A DNA stretch of 64,000 bases from Tubiluchus corallicola. Lineage: Eukaryota; Animalia; Priapulida. The position numbers and the translations under genes were made by a program. The DNA is taken from positions 620,001-684,000 of the forward strand of contig JAQGDQ010000047.1 in NCBI GenBank assembly GCA_030141605.1. Reading direction: 5' to 3'. This document shows positions 49,320 through 63,400 of the stretch, piece by piece. Within the stretch, counting starts at the first letter, position 1. Each line of letters opens with the position of its first letter. The notes beneath the pieces are model-generated. The model did no database searches, was not told the DNA's origin, and saw only the letters and a program-made list of their open reading frames with translations.

Positions 49320-50132
49320 TTCTTCCAGCAACAATGCCAAAATGATTTGTAAGAATCAAAAATTGGTTATTGCAGTGCAGTCTTTGTTCAAATTGTTTTA
49401 TATTTTCAAGTTTTGACAGTCAAGTAGAGATTAATGAAAAAGCATAGATGTGTGAATAATTACTTGTTATTAGTTGTGCATTTTCATGTTCAAGTTAATT
49501 TTCATATTGTCACGAAGTAAATTTAATATTTGAATTAGTGTGGTTTAGAAAAGTAATTTCCAGCAGTGTATTTGAAAATTTGTTTCAAATCAGACATTGC
49601 AAAAATAATGCACTTGGGTGCATGTCACAACTAAAACATTTGCTGATAGAAAAAAATCATTTTTCATTGGTAGTAAAAATTTTTGTAAGTAAGCAAATAT
49701 TTTACTTGTTTTCATTCATCTGAAAAACCTTTTTATAATTTTTCGAGCTTGTCAAGTTAATTAACGAGATTTAATTGTGTCTGCTGTACTGCAAAGTTAT
49801 TGGTGTTTGGTATAATGCACAAAATGGACCTAAACACACCACACGTATGTATATATATATGATGTACAATCTCTTCTTTCTACATCTAAATGATTTGACA
49901 AAATAAATCCAGTTATTAAGGTGTTTAGTTCAAATGTGGCAGAAAGTAAGAAATGTGGAAAAATCATAAGTGAGACTAAATTTGAACCAAAGACATTTCA
50001 ACTAAAGTTTTAAAAGCTCAAAGTCATAGATCATTAGACCACAGTCTAATATTGAGACAGCTAACATTCGTTTTGAATGAAATTTTGCCGATCTTATATG
50101 TAATGGGAACAAAATTACTGCTACCTAGAAAC

Positions 50133-50175
50133 AATAAAAGAACACTATACAGTTACTTAAGTGTTTGTTTTTATT
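50133..50175. terminator. Facing poly(A) signals of the convergent RS-gene (+, AATAAA 50133-50138) and eIF6 (-, AATAAA 50175-50170)
   Basis: acAATAAAagaacactatacagttacttaagtgtttgttTTTATT: each hexamer is followed on its own strand by a GT/T-rich element. Confidence 0.5.
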
Positions 50176-50522
50176 ACAAAATTTCATAGAAATTAGAAGA
50201 TTCATAATTAACGGTATACATCACTTTTATTACTGAATCAATGCTAAGTGTTAACATTTTGCTCAGTTTACTATGTGTCGAAACATGAAATGCCTCATCA
50301 AAAATGAAACATATTTTAGATAAATGAAGAAAAGGTTAAATTGGGACTAAAACTGGGAGATTTGATTCCCATTTATAAAATTTTATACTAGTTCTTTCTC
50401 AGCTGAAATTATAGCCACAATAAACTGTCCAGTCATACAGAATAACTTATAATCCGAAAATAGTCATGATAGTTTCCTTGACTCTGTTCGGTAGAAGCAT
50501 TGTAGCCGTTCCATCAGAAGAT

Positions 50523-53500
50523 TCACGTCATACTGAAAAGCGATTTTAGACAGACAATAAATACACAAATATGATGTCAACAATCTGAATTAATATTGCA
50601 TATTATCCAGTTTTAAAACTAGATGGATTATAGTAAATTTCGGTAGTACTTACACACGCCATGTTTTAAGACCAGCTGTTAAGTAATTTTGACTTGCATT
50701 TAGAAGATACGTTTTTGCCATACCTTTCTATTAAAGATTCCCTCATCTGTGTGGCAATTGCAGTTGGCTGGACGTCACTCAATTTGAAAACACTTTCTAT
50801 AACAGACAACTCTGTACTTGTTGTATCCAGGCCGCAGAATGCACACCAGTCATTAACAACCATGCCAGCTCCAATGACATCGCTACCACGGTTTACTGTC
50901 CCAGCCTGAAATGGTGAGCCGAATGTAATAAACCATCCACGTAATAGAGGGATCACAAAACGTCAATTAACAGATGGGAGCCCACATCACAATGGCCAAT
51001 CATTCACTTTAACTGGCTAGCTGCTCCACAGCCTGAGAAGTCTACTCACAAACAGCACAGCAAACGCGATGTTGTTCTATGATGCAATAATGTAATATAC
51101 CGATTTCAGCACTATACATGGAGAGCAGGAGATGAATAACATATTTGTGTGATACATTTTCTGGAAAAAAGTATTAAATCGTCACAAAATGTCCACTCTT
51201 TTTTCTTGTTTTTCCCAATACTTATAATTATTCTGTATGGTAGCAGCTGCCAGCCAGTAAGTTTGAGGATTTTGCCTGGGAGGTGTGGCTTAGGGCTGAC
51301 TGCAAACTGTGTTTTTCAAGACATGATGAATGATGACCCACGAGGGCCCGTAATATCCTGAAATTATATATATAGTTTTAAATAAATTCATATAATGGGA
51401 AATAATCAATGTATAATGTACAAATATAAATATGTGCAAGTCTTATACATCTACAATGTAACATTTCACTAAGATTTACTGAAATGAAAGTCATTGCAAA
51501 TTTTGTTTTTTTCAAAGTGTCTCAATCTCAATCAAGTTTTTCAAAGTTGCAGATCACTATTGCACTATCTGTGAAAGAGATTACAAACAATTCATAGCAA
51601 AAAATTCATACTCATACCACTAATGGGACTTGTAATAACGAAGACAGCTCATCTTGGTCCTCTATTTTTGTCTTCGGATGAACCTGTAGGAATGTTAGAA
51701 AAACAAGATTCAATTTTTTAACTGTTTTTGAATATGGTAAATCTTGGTTTCCAACCTATCTGTTACATTACTTAGCTGTACCTACTTTACCTAGCTGTTT
51801 TTACTACAATTACTCAGATTTTTGGCTACACATATTTATCACATTTCAGCAATTATGCAACCAGGCTGCAGCAATTAACTTTTTTAGCCAAAAAAACGAA
51901 AAATACCATATAGCTGCAAATTGTTTTGCCTAAAATGCTAGTTTAAATTTTGCTGCCACTTGCTATTGACAAATTCAATTATGTTTTGTAATCGACGAAT
52001 TCAATGATCTCAATTGTACACATTGTGCAGGCAGGTTTAATGGCATATTACTGACGCCAGATTAAAATAAGGTAAGCAAAGGAGCGGTTAAATATTAGTA
52101 GCACTAATATTTTTATAGCAGAATTTCAACAAAAATAGATAAACTAGCTACATTAATTATAGTGATCGAATCTCAGTTCGGCTTCGGCTTTCTCTTATAT
52201 TGGCAAAAACTGGAAGTGACCGTTAAACAAATTTCTGGAGTAGTAATGAATATAACTATAAGGATGGACAAATTAGTATAAATTTAAAGAAGTATTAGCA
52301 CTTGTGCTGTAAAATCACTAATTCACTCATTCTGTGAAATATTTTACAGTCACTCATGCTCTGAGCTTGCTTCTAATCCACAGAAATACTGTAAGCACTT
52401 GAAAATTACAAATATTCTATTCCAAATAAAATTAAAATAGAAATAAAATTATACCAGCCCGCCTTGATTGCTTAAAGCACAGTAACTTCCCACTAGCACA
52501 TTATCGGCTAAAGTTTGTCGAAAAACTTCTACTTTCAGTGTGTCAGCTAACAATTCCTCTGTTTCCTAGATAAAACAACGTTTCTGCTCGTTTTACTAAT
52601 GAATACTTTTGTAAATACAACCAAGCTAGAACAAAAATGACAAAAACATGCTTAAATCTAACAGAAATGCTGCTCACCAGATGATGATATATTAGCTGTA
52701 AGACCTTGCTCAAATGTGGATAAATTCACCACCTAATTATGAGACTTTTTTGGAGTATTGAAAGCATTTATAAAACATTTATCAAAGCTGTACAACACGT
52801 TAGTAAAACAGTGATTGCATGTTAGACGCATGAATGACAATCCAACTAGTGCCGAGTCTCAGACAAATTACTCTATCATGAAAATTTATTTAATGCAGTG
52901 CATACCCTGTCGAGATCTGGATGCACAAGAGCAACATAATCGTTGCACGCTATCACATTTCCTAAAGCAGATAGCCTCTCTTCTACTCGTTGAATCTTTG
53001 CAGAATCTGGTAAAGAGTTGCGAATCTGCTGTAACTCTTGATCTGTTGTGGTGCTCGGTACTAGCAGTCCATGCCGGTTTCCTATAATGTAATAAAAGTA
53101 TTTTACCATTCTACGTTCATTATAAGTGGAAAACTTTTGTTTCGCCTACTATTAATGATTCTGTCTGTAAAAGGTCAAAAGTCAAATCATCAATACGTTG
53201 TCTATTTTTGATAATTTTTATAATTTATATAAGTAATTTCATATAATTTTATAAGTAAACAAGGCATGAATTTCTTTTAAATGACTTTATGCCTCAAATG
53301 GCGAATGAGTGCCCCTGATAGAGCCAAAAGTCACCTTTTCAAAAAGTTTGTATATCTTCAAAATACGAGACAGACAATTGTTTATATTGACTACAAATAG
53401 AAAACCATATTGGTCTTTCCATTGATTCCCTTTGGTTGACATTTCAAGATTAAGATAAAATCTAGATTGCATAGGCAACTTATAATTTGAGAAAAAATAC

Positions 53501-56500
53501 CAGTTAGACACATTGTTTACATTACGACTATTGGCAATATGCTAGCATGCGACATTGGTCATTTTTTCTGGTTAATCTAACAAGATCATGAACTGACACA
53601 AAATTTTAATATGCTACACAGAAAACATTTTTCAAACAATCATGGTTAGAAAAACATAGGCGCAAGATTCCCTTTTAAACTACCGATGACTGCTTTAAAG
53701 CAAAATCATATTGCCGTGTTGCTTTCAGTAATTGAGCATTTCAAGTAGGCAACAACTATTCAAAGCAATACAGATAATTACTAAAATGCAAAATGAAATT
53801 TATATATGACCAATTTTGGCTACAGATTTTTGATGGTCCAGTCTGTAATTCATTAAAAACAGCATACCAACGCACAGCCTCCCGATTATTCGACATCCTG
53901 CAATAGAAGTATGGATAACAGGAATAACATCAGAAAGTTCACCTTCAAAGACGCTGAAATGCAAAAAATAACATTAGAAAGTAAAACCTTAGAAATGTAA
54001 ATAACAAAATTAAGAATAAATTCACAATTCAATTGCTTTCTGCAAAGTATATGTTAATGTTTGCAATTTCTCAGCCCATTTAAAATTACAAGATTGAGAA
54101 TGGGACTGAGCCTAACCTATTGAGCAATAACCAATAAGCAGCTTATAGACACCTAGACGGACCAGCAAAAATTGGGGTCGGCCACCAAAAATTAGTTTCT
54201 GTCTTACCTCATGAGTTCAAAAGATGTCAGTAGGGAGGAAGGAAAACAAAGATTCAGTAGGCTTAAATGAAGCTATTATAATAATTACTGCATTCTACAT
54301 TTAAATTAAAAAATATGCCTTTATACGGTAATAATATGAACGTACAAAAAAACTATAAAATTTCCAGCCGGTTGTGCAATAAAAAAATATTGCCCGCCAT
54401 AATACCAAGGCAATTAGTGGAAGTATTTTTATTGTTGGCCGGATCTAAAAATAGCACAGAGTTTCGCATATACTGTATTAAAAGCAGTACGAGGGATATT
54501 TAATACAGTATTTTTATGTGTAGAAAACCTGTAACATTTAGATTAAATGAAACACTAGCTGGTAAAATCTCTATAAATTGTTGAAGCGCTAGCATCAGTT
54601 TTGAGAGTCTGACAAAGACCACCCAATCCTCCTTTTCTTTTAAAATACAAACAAACAAGGATGTGTTAGGAATCAAGTTGTATTAAATTTATTCAGTTAT
54701 TGGCACTGAGAATCTGCAAACCCTTTCAATGGGTGAAAACATTTTCTCTTAGTATCACAGAAAAAAATAAGTCGAAGCTTGAGAGGGTGGAACACAGTGA
54801 TGTTTTTATATACAATAGGCGCTGCTTAATACATTCACTTTGGGACAGAAGTGTTTTGACTGAATTAACTGACTGATTCAGTTAATCAATGGGTGTAGCC
54901 TATTACTAGTACTATAGAAGTATGACTCATGATTCATCGCAAGGCTTTATACTAATATTACTACTACTATATACTATATTACTACTACTTTATACTGAAG
55001 AATACTAATTTGTATAAGTGAAAAAAATGAAAACAAAGAATCGCACAAATCTAATTAGAACCACAAAAAATTACAAAAATGCTTGCATGGTCAGTTGCTT
55101 CATTTCTCCGCAAAGAAGTTGGTTAATGAACTTCTCATATTGATAAAAACATTGACAATCTGTTGCTGTATGCTGCACATATTAATGCAAAACACCTAGT
55201 CACCTAGTGCTTGAGCTGCAGTTGGTGATGTTCTTGTTTCCCCTGTGAAAAACAGTGGGAACTTCACTGGGCAAGTGATTAAATGTCTAGCTTCCAGAAA
55301 CAACGATGTTAACTGCAGCGAATAGTGGGTGACAGATTCAAAGCAGAACCGCTACACTGACATATTAGGGCATATGTACCTAACATGACTATTTCTACAT
55401 ATATTGTAGTGCACAAAATCGACATAAAAATGACATAAAAGCAGCGAAAGCTCTTTGGGCACACACAAACTGCCTTATTTTAAATACGCGAAAGAAAAAT
55501 ATCGAGTCAATTATGCGGAATTATTTAAGTCAATTGCCGACAGTTTTTATATACATTTGAATAGGAGCAGCTCATACCAGACGTTTTTGAATCAATTAAG
55601 CGATTGATCCTATCAACCGTGAGTCTAATAAGCACGGACTACCATACATGATTTTGACTGCATTGCAAAAAATATAATTATATAGATTTAGGGGCTAATT
55701 CAGAATGATGATGTTGATGTGAAAAGTGCATTTCGCAGGCATTAAAATATCACAGAAAGCTCAAAAACTGGTCATGTCATAAAAAATTATATGTGTCTAG
55801 TGATAGTTTTGCCCTCGCTTTTAATATGTAAGCACAGACATAAGGCAGCATTTACCACTTTTTATTGATGGCAGCACGGATTATAACAGAGATTAACTGG
55901 GCAAGAAAGTAGAAACATCAGTGGCAAAATCGGATTACGGAAAAGTATGGAAAGAAAAACAAGATGACATAACTTAAAAATAGTGAAATTAAAAAATCAG
56001 TATGGAAAAGAGAAATAAAAACAGCTATAAATGACGAAATATTTCAAGAGCATAAAGAGAGAAAACAGAGAATGACAAAATTATCATTCCAAAATTAATA
56101 TCAATTGCGGATATTAAAAACATAATGGAAATCAAGTAAAATGCAATGGAACTGAAATGCAATTTCTAAGGCAAGAAGTGGGAAGATTTACTAGGTTCTA
56201 ACTACGGAAAACAAGAAGACACAATGGAGCATGCATTATTTTGCGAGAAAGCGAAAGGAATAGTAAAAATCCTAAATTTGTTCTTGCACACTTAGGTTGT
56301 GCTCATCTTGGTAAAGCTAAAAGTGAAGAGTCTGTGAATAGCTGAACTACGATCGTCAATAAGACAATATTAATTACATTTAGTACACTAATGACAAAAC
56401 AGTAGGCTAAAGATGCTAGTGAGATAATTCAAAAAATAGCCAGAGATTACCTGTAAAAGTTTTCTGAACCACCAATTGCAACTAAGCAGTAACTGTTAGT

Positions 56501-56557
56501 TAGTTTCGCAAATACACCAACTTCATTATTATTTTCAAACTGAACTCTAACTGCCAT
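50523..56557 (-). CDS. EIF6: Eukaryotic translation initiation factor 6, complete, 245 aa
   Basis: Exons (minus): 56557-56451, 53953-53868, 53081-52906, 52565-52455, 51683-51618, 50905-50724, 50532-50523, totalling 738 nt. The translation [42 protein letters not shown]...[26 protein letters not shown]...[31 protein letters not shown]...[42 protein letters not shown]...MRESLIESMT* is unmistakably eIF6. Confidence 0.98.
55890..56270 (+). mobile_element. Decayed non-LTR retrotransposon ORF2 C-terminal fragment in eIF6 intron 1 (antisense to eIF6)
   Basis: The interrupted translation [33 protein letters not shown]...[25 protein letters not shown]...[13 protein letters not shown] resembles the C-terminal region ending in a (degenerate) CCHC knuckle, EDT.EH...C, of non-LTR elements. 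Stops and frameshifts are present. Confidence 0.6.
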
Positions 56558-56684
56558 AACAAAACGAATGCGATCGCGTAAAGATTAACTCTGTTATTAT
56601 GGCACTAAATGAATTTCACAATTTACACATTTCTTTGCAATCTCCACACGGCAAACGGCCACTACTTAGTTACATTTCTTACTC

Positions 56685-56698
56685 CAGCGCCATCTGCT
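56685..56698 (-). promoter_or_regulatory. CTCF/YY1-like motif AGCAGATGGCGCTG upstream of eIF6
   Basis: The minus strand reads TAGCAGATGGCGCTGG about 130 nt upstream of the eIF6 ATG; motif match only. Confidence 0.4.
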
Positions 56699-57974
56699 AA
56701 GCAACCTCAATAACAAATACAGGAAACATATCTATGTTTGGCGCAGGTCATACATGTATAATTTCGGATAACCATGTATACTATAAATAACCGTCACAAC
56801 AGAAATTATCATTGCTATAGTAATTATGGTAACAACTACGGTATATATATATGTATACACGGTATATATGTGTATACATAATTGGAACTTGGATATATAA
56901 TGTCTGTGTCGATAGAGTTAGTGTGCTGATGGCGCCACAGAAAGCCATACGGCTTAGGTGGGAAAACCTACATGTGTGAAAAGCTGGATGTTAAGGCTTT
57001 TTATTGTAGCTCAGGTTTGATGGTAAAGTGTAACTTGGTAGAAGCTGACTGGACTCATCTTTGCCAGCAGCAATGGATGTTAGTAGTTGTTTCCTCCGTG
57101 GTTGCAACATTGCTGCAGAAATAAAACATAAACACTAGAGAAATAACATAGATGACTATAATAAAAAAATATTATAACATTTATTGACGCAATATTACGT
57201 CTATACACAACAAAGACATTACAAACATACAATGGAATGATGATGACAATTAAGTTAAGCTGACAAATCAGCATTTAACAATGATCAAATTTACATCCCA
57301 AAAATAAAAAATACGTCGAAATAACCAAAGATATCAAGGAAGTAACTACTGTTATCACTGCAGTAATTTTGCAAATTATGCCATGCAATGAATATCAACG
57401 AGAATTAGCTAGGGCCAGTGCTGACTGACGTCCCAGGCAGCAGAACAATATTGCACTAATGTTGTGACAATATTTTTGCTAATATTGGGGTTTTGTAAAT
57501 TTTAGATGTTTGTGTACTTACATGTATTTATCTTTCTTAATTTTATATTACTGCAATCACCAATCAGCATTGTTGTAAACGATCTCTGCTTAATCAAGTT
57601 TATCATGAATAAAAATATCTTCTTATCTAATCTCACTTGTTCGCATATCAAATGAAAAGCCTCAGTCTAGTGTCATATCTTACTGGTTTGCTTTTTGGAT
57701 TCAGGCAATCGAAATAAACAAAGAACAGGGCAGAAGCAAAAACGGGCAAAAATTGTTATTTCATGACCCCTTTCACAAAACGTACTCCTTAGTTTGGGGC
57801 AGTTAGACATCAAAAGGTGCCTATAGTTCGCAGTTATTGCCATTTTATAGTTTGCTGACTCATGGACGTGAGGATTGCACGACATGGAGAGAATTAAACG
57901 CGCGATAATTTGAAATCAACTTTTTGCCGTAATTTAATTGTGATGCACGTGGAAACTGGTTTACAGTTACAAAG

Positions 57975-57978
<4 letters not shown>

Positions 57979-58041
<63 letters not shown>

Positions 58042-58483
58042 AACAATCCTTATTTGCCATTAAAATACATTGATAATCACTGAAAAAAGAATGTACAAGG
58101 ATGATCAATAGGCGTAGTTAATAAAAACTTACATTGAAGTTAAATGCGCCAGTGCAATCTACACTGCTGTGCACTAACCCGAAAAGAGTAGAAACGAAAT
58201 TTAATGATGAACAAAAATAAAACGTATTTGCAACTTTTTGCAAAAATTGAAAATTATGATTTATTTAATCAATATGGCAGTGGATATAGAAAATCTGAAT
58301 TGGTATGTATGTTATCGTACTGGTGTGATGGTATTTCATATTAAATTTTGGTTAATATTACTGATTTTAATTTTGTTTTAAATGCTGACAGGGACCTGAT
58401 TTGTTTAAACTGTAATGGCAGAGAATTCCAAAGTAGCATTGCTTGCTTGACTATAGAGACGGTTTCATAGTGAGCATTTGTCC
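57979..58483 (-). mobile_element. Second copy of the same CR1/L2-like LINE 3' end with long (TA)n tail
   Basis: The minus strand encodes HYETVSIVKQAMLLWNSLPLQFKQIRSLSAFKTKLKSVIL. It shares the UTR motifs TAGATTGCACTG.CGCATTT and CAGTGATTATCAATG..TTTTAATGGCAAATAA with 3464-3910. The (TA)n tail is at 57979-58034. Confidence 0.82.
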
Positions 58484-59194
58484 TTATTTGTTTCGGGTTG
58501 CTTGGTTTATAACTGCGGCATCTTTATTGAAAACAGACATGAAATCTGCAGTAGGTAAGCCATGATTTGCAGTACCGCCGTGAAGAAGCTTAAAATGCGT
58601 CATTGAAAAGGTACAGTTAAATTTGCTACTCCAGAAAGTCTATAAATCAATAGTGTGGTTTGCAAAACTTTGTTTTCGTCTTCTGGGTTGAGATGGAATG
58701 AATGATGGGCAAAAGTAGGCAGCATTTATTTTCCAGCACGAGGCAAGACTCAGCCTTCACATTCCTTTTACTTCTACTTTATATTAGTTATTGTGCAGAT
58801 ATAGTAAAATATTTTAATAAACCATAACGTTGGTAACTTAAAAATACATATCAAACATCAAAAGAAAAACCATGCTTACTGTTTAAATCAGGATTTGTTA
58901 AACTCTTACAGAATCGGCCGACTGACGCGATCATTCTATAATCTTTGATAGAATGCCAATATATTTACTGCGGTCCGATCTTTGCAGATAATAATCAGAA
59001 CAACTCCCTAACAATAATAGCTAAAATGATGTTAGGTATGAATTGATATGAGTTTTAGATATGTTAATTGTCATGCAAATGGAGTATTGTTATGGCACGT
59101 GATACATAAAACAGATCTTAGAGGATCTACAGATCCATAAATAGATCCAGAAACGCGTGAGATATTAAATTAGCAAGTCTAAAATGTTACACCT

Positions 59195-59490
59195 TTACTG
59201 AAGCTCGAACGCAAGGCCTTCTGCCTCCCAGGCTGTTATACTAATTATTACATCACAGAAGCACTCGACTTTTCACTCTCAAAAAATTATTCTAAGCCAC
59301 CAAAGGTATTACAGTTCACACTGTATTATAACGTAATGCGAGATCAAATCTTATAAATGCACGAAAATAATATTAAATTAGAAAACTGAAAAATTTTGTA
59401 CCTCCGCATGTGCTCAAACCAGAGACCTCTGCCTTCTGGGCAACTGCACTACATTAATGCACACAGACATTTGGTTTTTCATACTCAGAA
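59195..59490 (-). mobile_element. Two tandem degenerate tRNA-derived SINE-like heads
   Basis: On the minus strand, TGTAATAATTAG...GGGAGGCAGAAGGCCTTGCGTTCGAGC (A/B-box-like) recurs about 205 bp away as ...AGAAGGCAGAGGTCTCTGGTTTGAGC. No complete cloverleaf can be folded. Confidence 0.4.
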
Positions 59491-59687
59491 ATTCACCCCT
59501 AAAGCCCCCGTTTCTCTCGCCCTCTATTTCTGCCTCTCAAGCAACAGAAGGAAGAATTTAAAATAACAACAAAGCATGCACATTATCAACAAAGTTGTAA
59601 ACTGAAGTATTTCACTATAAAAACGTCAAACACTTAAGCTAAATTTTTCACGATTTCCATCAGAAGGAAATACGAAAAATTTCTTGA

Positions 59688-59698
59688 TAGATGGCGCC
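59688..59698 (+). promoter_or_regulatory. CTCF/YY1-like motif TAGATGGCGCC in the CpG-rich region upstream of the STK17-like exon
   Basis: Motif match at the start of a CpG-enriched stretch (about 59690-60000) upstream of the kinase ATG. Confidence 0.35.
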
Positions 59699-60280
59699 GC
59701 ATTCCAAACAAGCCCAATGCACAATCTAATCAACAGGTGAGAGCGTTGTCACTGTAGCGCACTAGTGCAGTGCTTGAGCAACCGTTTAGAGCTTAGAGGT
59801 GATTTCGCTTCGCTTAGTCAGATCTCTATGTTGTGCTTGAAACTTACCTCAACGGAAGAAGAAAACTGTAGCGTGTGTTGGTGCCAGCGAATGAAGCTCC
59901 ACTTTTCCCAGTTTTGGTGACGTGTTGTGATCGTCAGAAATCGTTAGCCAGCCAGAGTTCAATGTGGGAGGATCTTCGCGTCTTTTTACCATTCATATAA
60001 GTTTTACACACAAACGAGAACCCAGATCTAATAAGCAGAGAAACGCAAATGACGTTTGTAACGTAGCTTTTAAACAGTATTCAAAAACTACCAAAAGCTT
60101 TGACAATTTCATTTTTTCGCATAAAGAGGAGGGAAAACAGTTTGGCGTCAGTTTATCGTAGTGAGGTTGCGTCATAACAATATTTGTTGTCTGGCATCAC
60201 AATTTGTTGCCATTAACGTTGTTGTCATAGTGAAAGAATACTTAACAAAAAGTTACCAGAGAGAGCAAAACATAGCAAGA

Positions 60281-60429
60281 ATGTCGGCGCTTACTTGCAA
60301 GATGAGGGCAAATTTACAAAATGGGAATGTTATTCATCACACACCTGGCATGATTGCTGACAGATTTGCAAGCTGCATCAGAACAGAACCGTTCACAAGT
60401 ATCTATACCGTTGAAGGTGACATTGCAAG
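60281..60429 (+). CDS. STK17A: First coding exon of a DRAK/STK17-like Ser/Thr kinase (rest lies beyond right edge)
   Basis: MSALTCKMRANLQNGNVIHHTPGMIADRFASCIRTEPFTSIYTVEGDIAR ends at a strong phase-2 donor AAG|GTAAGA. It matches the recalled STK17A N-terminus VRTEPFQDGY...RELGR|GKFAVV, just before the glycine-rich loop. No GKFA exon was found in 60430-64000. Confidence 0.72.
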
Positions 60430-63400
60430 GTAAGAACTTTAAGAGTTTGTCATTGACATATAATAACAGTAAATTTATGTGTTTTTCACTTGTAATCATA
60501 AAAGATTGTTAAATTCGATGTTTTTAAATTAATTTTAATGTTTGTTATTATGAAAAAATATTCCGTAGCATAATATCATGCTAATATTATACATGATAAT
60601 ATCTGTATAATATCATACTATAGCGGGTATGGAAGTCTCGAACATTTGTTATTTTGTTAATTGTAATGCTATGACAAGTTGATTAATTTGCTAACTCAGA
60701 AAGCAACTTAAGTCTACTCGGCGTTTGTTTATAAAACATTAAATTTCATGCTTCATGTCAGTTCACGTTAGCCCTCAAAAGGCCTATAGTTTAGGCTTCG
60801 AACAGACATAATTACTTTTACTGATTCTGTATCAGATTACAAATAATTAAAACGGGTAGGTTTTACTGCGATTGCATTTCCTGTATTTTGATCAGTGCCG
60901 TACCCGCAGAGTTTTAATTAGTTCTCGTAATTGGCTACTCAAAAGCGGTTTTCTTCCATGCTTGGGTAATGTAATTACTGATGATTAAAACGTGCTGGTA
61001 CTGTGACGTGCAATGCACCGTTCGAGTTTGCTCAACGGTGGTAATTGCAGTCGTTAAACATGGTTTTTGGTCTAGATTCTTTTTGCTTCGATCACTTTGA
61101 TGTTTCAAAAAATGCATAGCTTTGCTAGAACTTTAATACAATAATCGCTAGTACAACAATAAATATTGGAACATTAATGTTGCATATTTACGAGGTTTAG
61201 TATGTTGCTAGATTGCGGTGTGAAAAATTCTAGAAAGGAAAAGCTGCCTTCCACAGTGCTTAGGATGAAATATCTAATTTCAATCTTTTAAATATAGGTA
61301 ACTTTTATTTAAAAAAGGAGAACATTTCAAGGCACATGTGTTTTCTTTTAAAAACATGTTCTACATTGAGATTTGATACATTAATTAAAATGCCTACAAC
61401 TTTTTTGTATGTCTGCTGAAAAAAATGGAAATCGTGCTTTGTTGGTTAGCGAAAAATAGTAAGCTAGTTTTTTGTTGCTTGTTACCAATGATGTTATCAT
61501 GTATGCGTGCATACCAGTGAAAGAGAAATTTTGTCTAATTATTTTCACAAATAGGCACATGACTTAAAAGCACATCTTAGCCTAAACGTTTTGCTACGGT
61601 TGCGTTGTTGGAAGTTAATCAGTGTCATGATTGGTCAGCATATTATGACTGCATGACTGCCAATGAAAACGTTTTGTTCTTGGCTCCACGCACCATGCAC
61701 TTATTACACATATGTATATATCCAAAACGTCTTCGCATTTTCTCGACTTATACTTTTCAAGTTGATATTTTATTATCACATTGTATGTATTAATACGCAA
61801 ACGCAGCTGTGTATCAGCAGTTTGACTGCAAACATAAGCATGCTTCTACTCTGCATCATATAATTGTTTCTGCGTTACTTGCATGTTCTAGTTGCCACTG
61901 TTTGCCAACCATTCACCCCATACCGAGCGTAGTGTTACTTCGGCCTGCTCGTAAGCGATGGATTTAAAGCTTGTCTAGGAAAACCATAGGGAAAAACTGA
62001 ACTGCGAGCACTGCACCACTCTGTGCTTTATTTACTATACAGTATAATGAGCTTAGTGTTACTCATAACCCGAAAACAGAAACGAAAGATCTTTTTCTAA
62101 TTGAAAGCCGTGGGCTGGTTGAAGTTGAACATGTACGCATGCTTAGCTTATGTTTCAAACCTTTTGAATGTGAATTTGTATAGGAAAAAATATAAATGAT
62201 AATTATTCTAGATGTAGGGAATGCCTTTGTAAGCGCGCATGTAGGGTATTAGTAATTTCTAAAGCGCCTACTTAGTTTTTGTTAGAGTTATATAAGCAGG
62301 CAGTAATAACTAATAACAGCTCCATATGGACTTATTCAGCAAGTGATTGTTCAAATATTAGGTATTTTTAAGCGGGATTTATATTGCAGTTTCTATGTAA
62401 AAGGCTTGACAAATATGAAAGGTAACAGCTACGCCTGCCCTACACAAACTTGTTATTATTTTAAAAAGCCTAGATGAGTAAATGCAATTGCAAACTATTT
62501 ATCGATTTCATTTTTTTATCAAGATCGACCCCAAATAAGATATGCGGCAACTCAGTGTGACAACAGCGGCTAAAAATTAAGAATAAAAATACAGAAAACC
62601 ATAATTGTTATTACTGTTTTTAGTGAGAGAAAATACCTGTTGATATTCTTTATGCAAATGCGGTTGTAATTAGCAAAAAATAAGTTTCTGTTAAAGAATT
62701 GCAGAGATGAGAAACAAAATGGAAAAATTATGTGATTGGGAATTAAAGTGAACTGAAAGTTAAGCATGCCTTTCAGTGATAAAATGATAATGTCTTCTTA
62801 CTCTGAACTGCACTTTGATTAGTTTGATATTTCTCAGGTGCTGTCCTCGCAGATATTTTAACAAATATTAACCTGTTTCCTAGGGAAAAATAGCCTTACA
62901 TCTAAGCGAAATGTGCACGCGTCTGTTCACATGATTCGGTGGGAGAGAATGAGGAGAAATCTAATGCTTCTACATCTGCTTCGAAGGAGTTGAATCTCCA
63001 CAGTTTATCCAATTATTATTGCAGATTATTTGCACGTAAATTAGAGCGCGAAACTTTTTTTCAATCGGCGCATTAGTTTTTGCGGAAGCCATGTAAATTA
63101 TTGTTCCAGATAGCTTTCGTGTATCTGAGTTTCTTGACTTCGAATAACGGGACTTCGAGATCGAATAAAATTTTTTGTTGAAATTTATGATATGAATTCA
63201 CGGAGATTTGACGTGAAAGCGTATAGTGTTATGTCACAGTGCTAAAATATTGTATGGGCATAAATATGAGATTTTCCTTTAATAAGTTTAGATATTTTAG
63301 TTTTGTGCTTTAGGTGCGCTGGTGCCGGGTTTTTGCCTAGTTGCATCCGGCATGCTGTTGGTTCAGGTCGCCTGGTTTGATTATTGAATGGTTACTAGTT

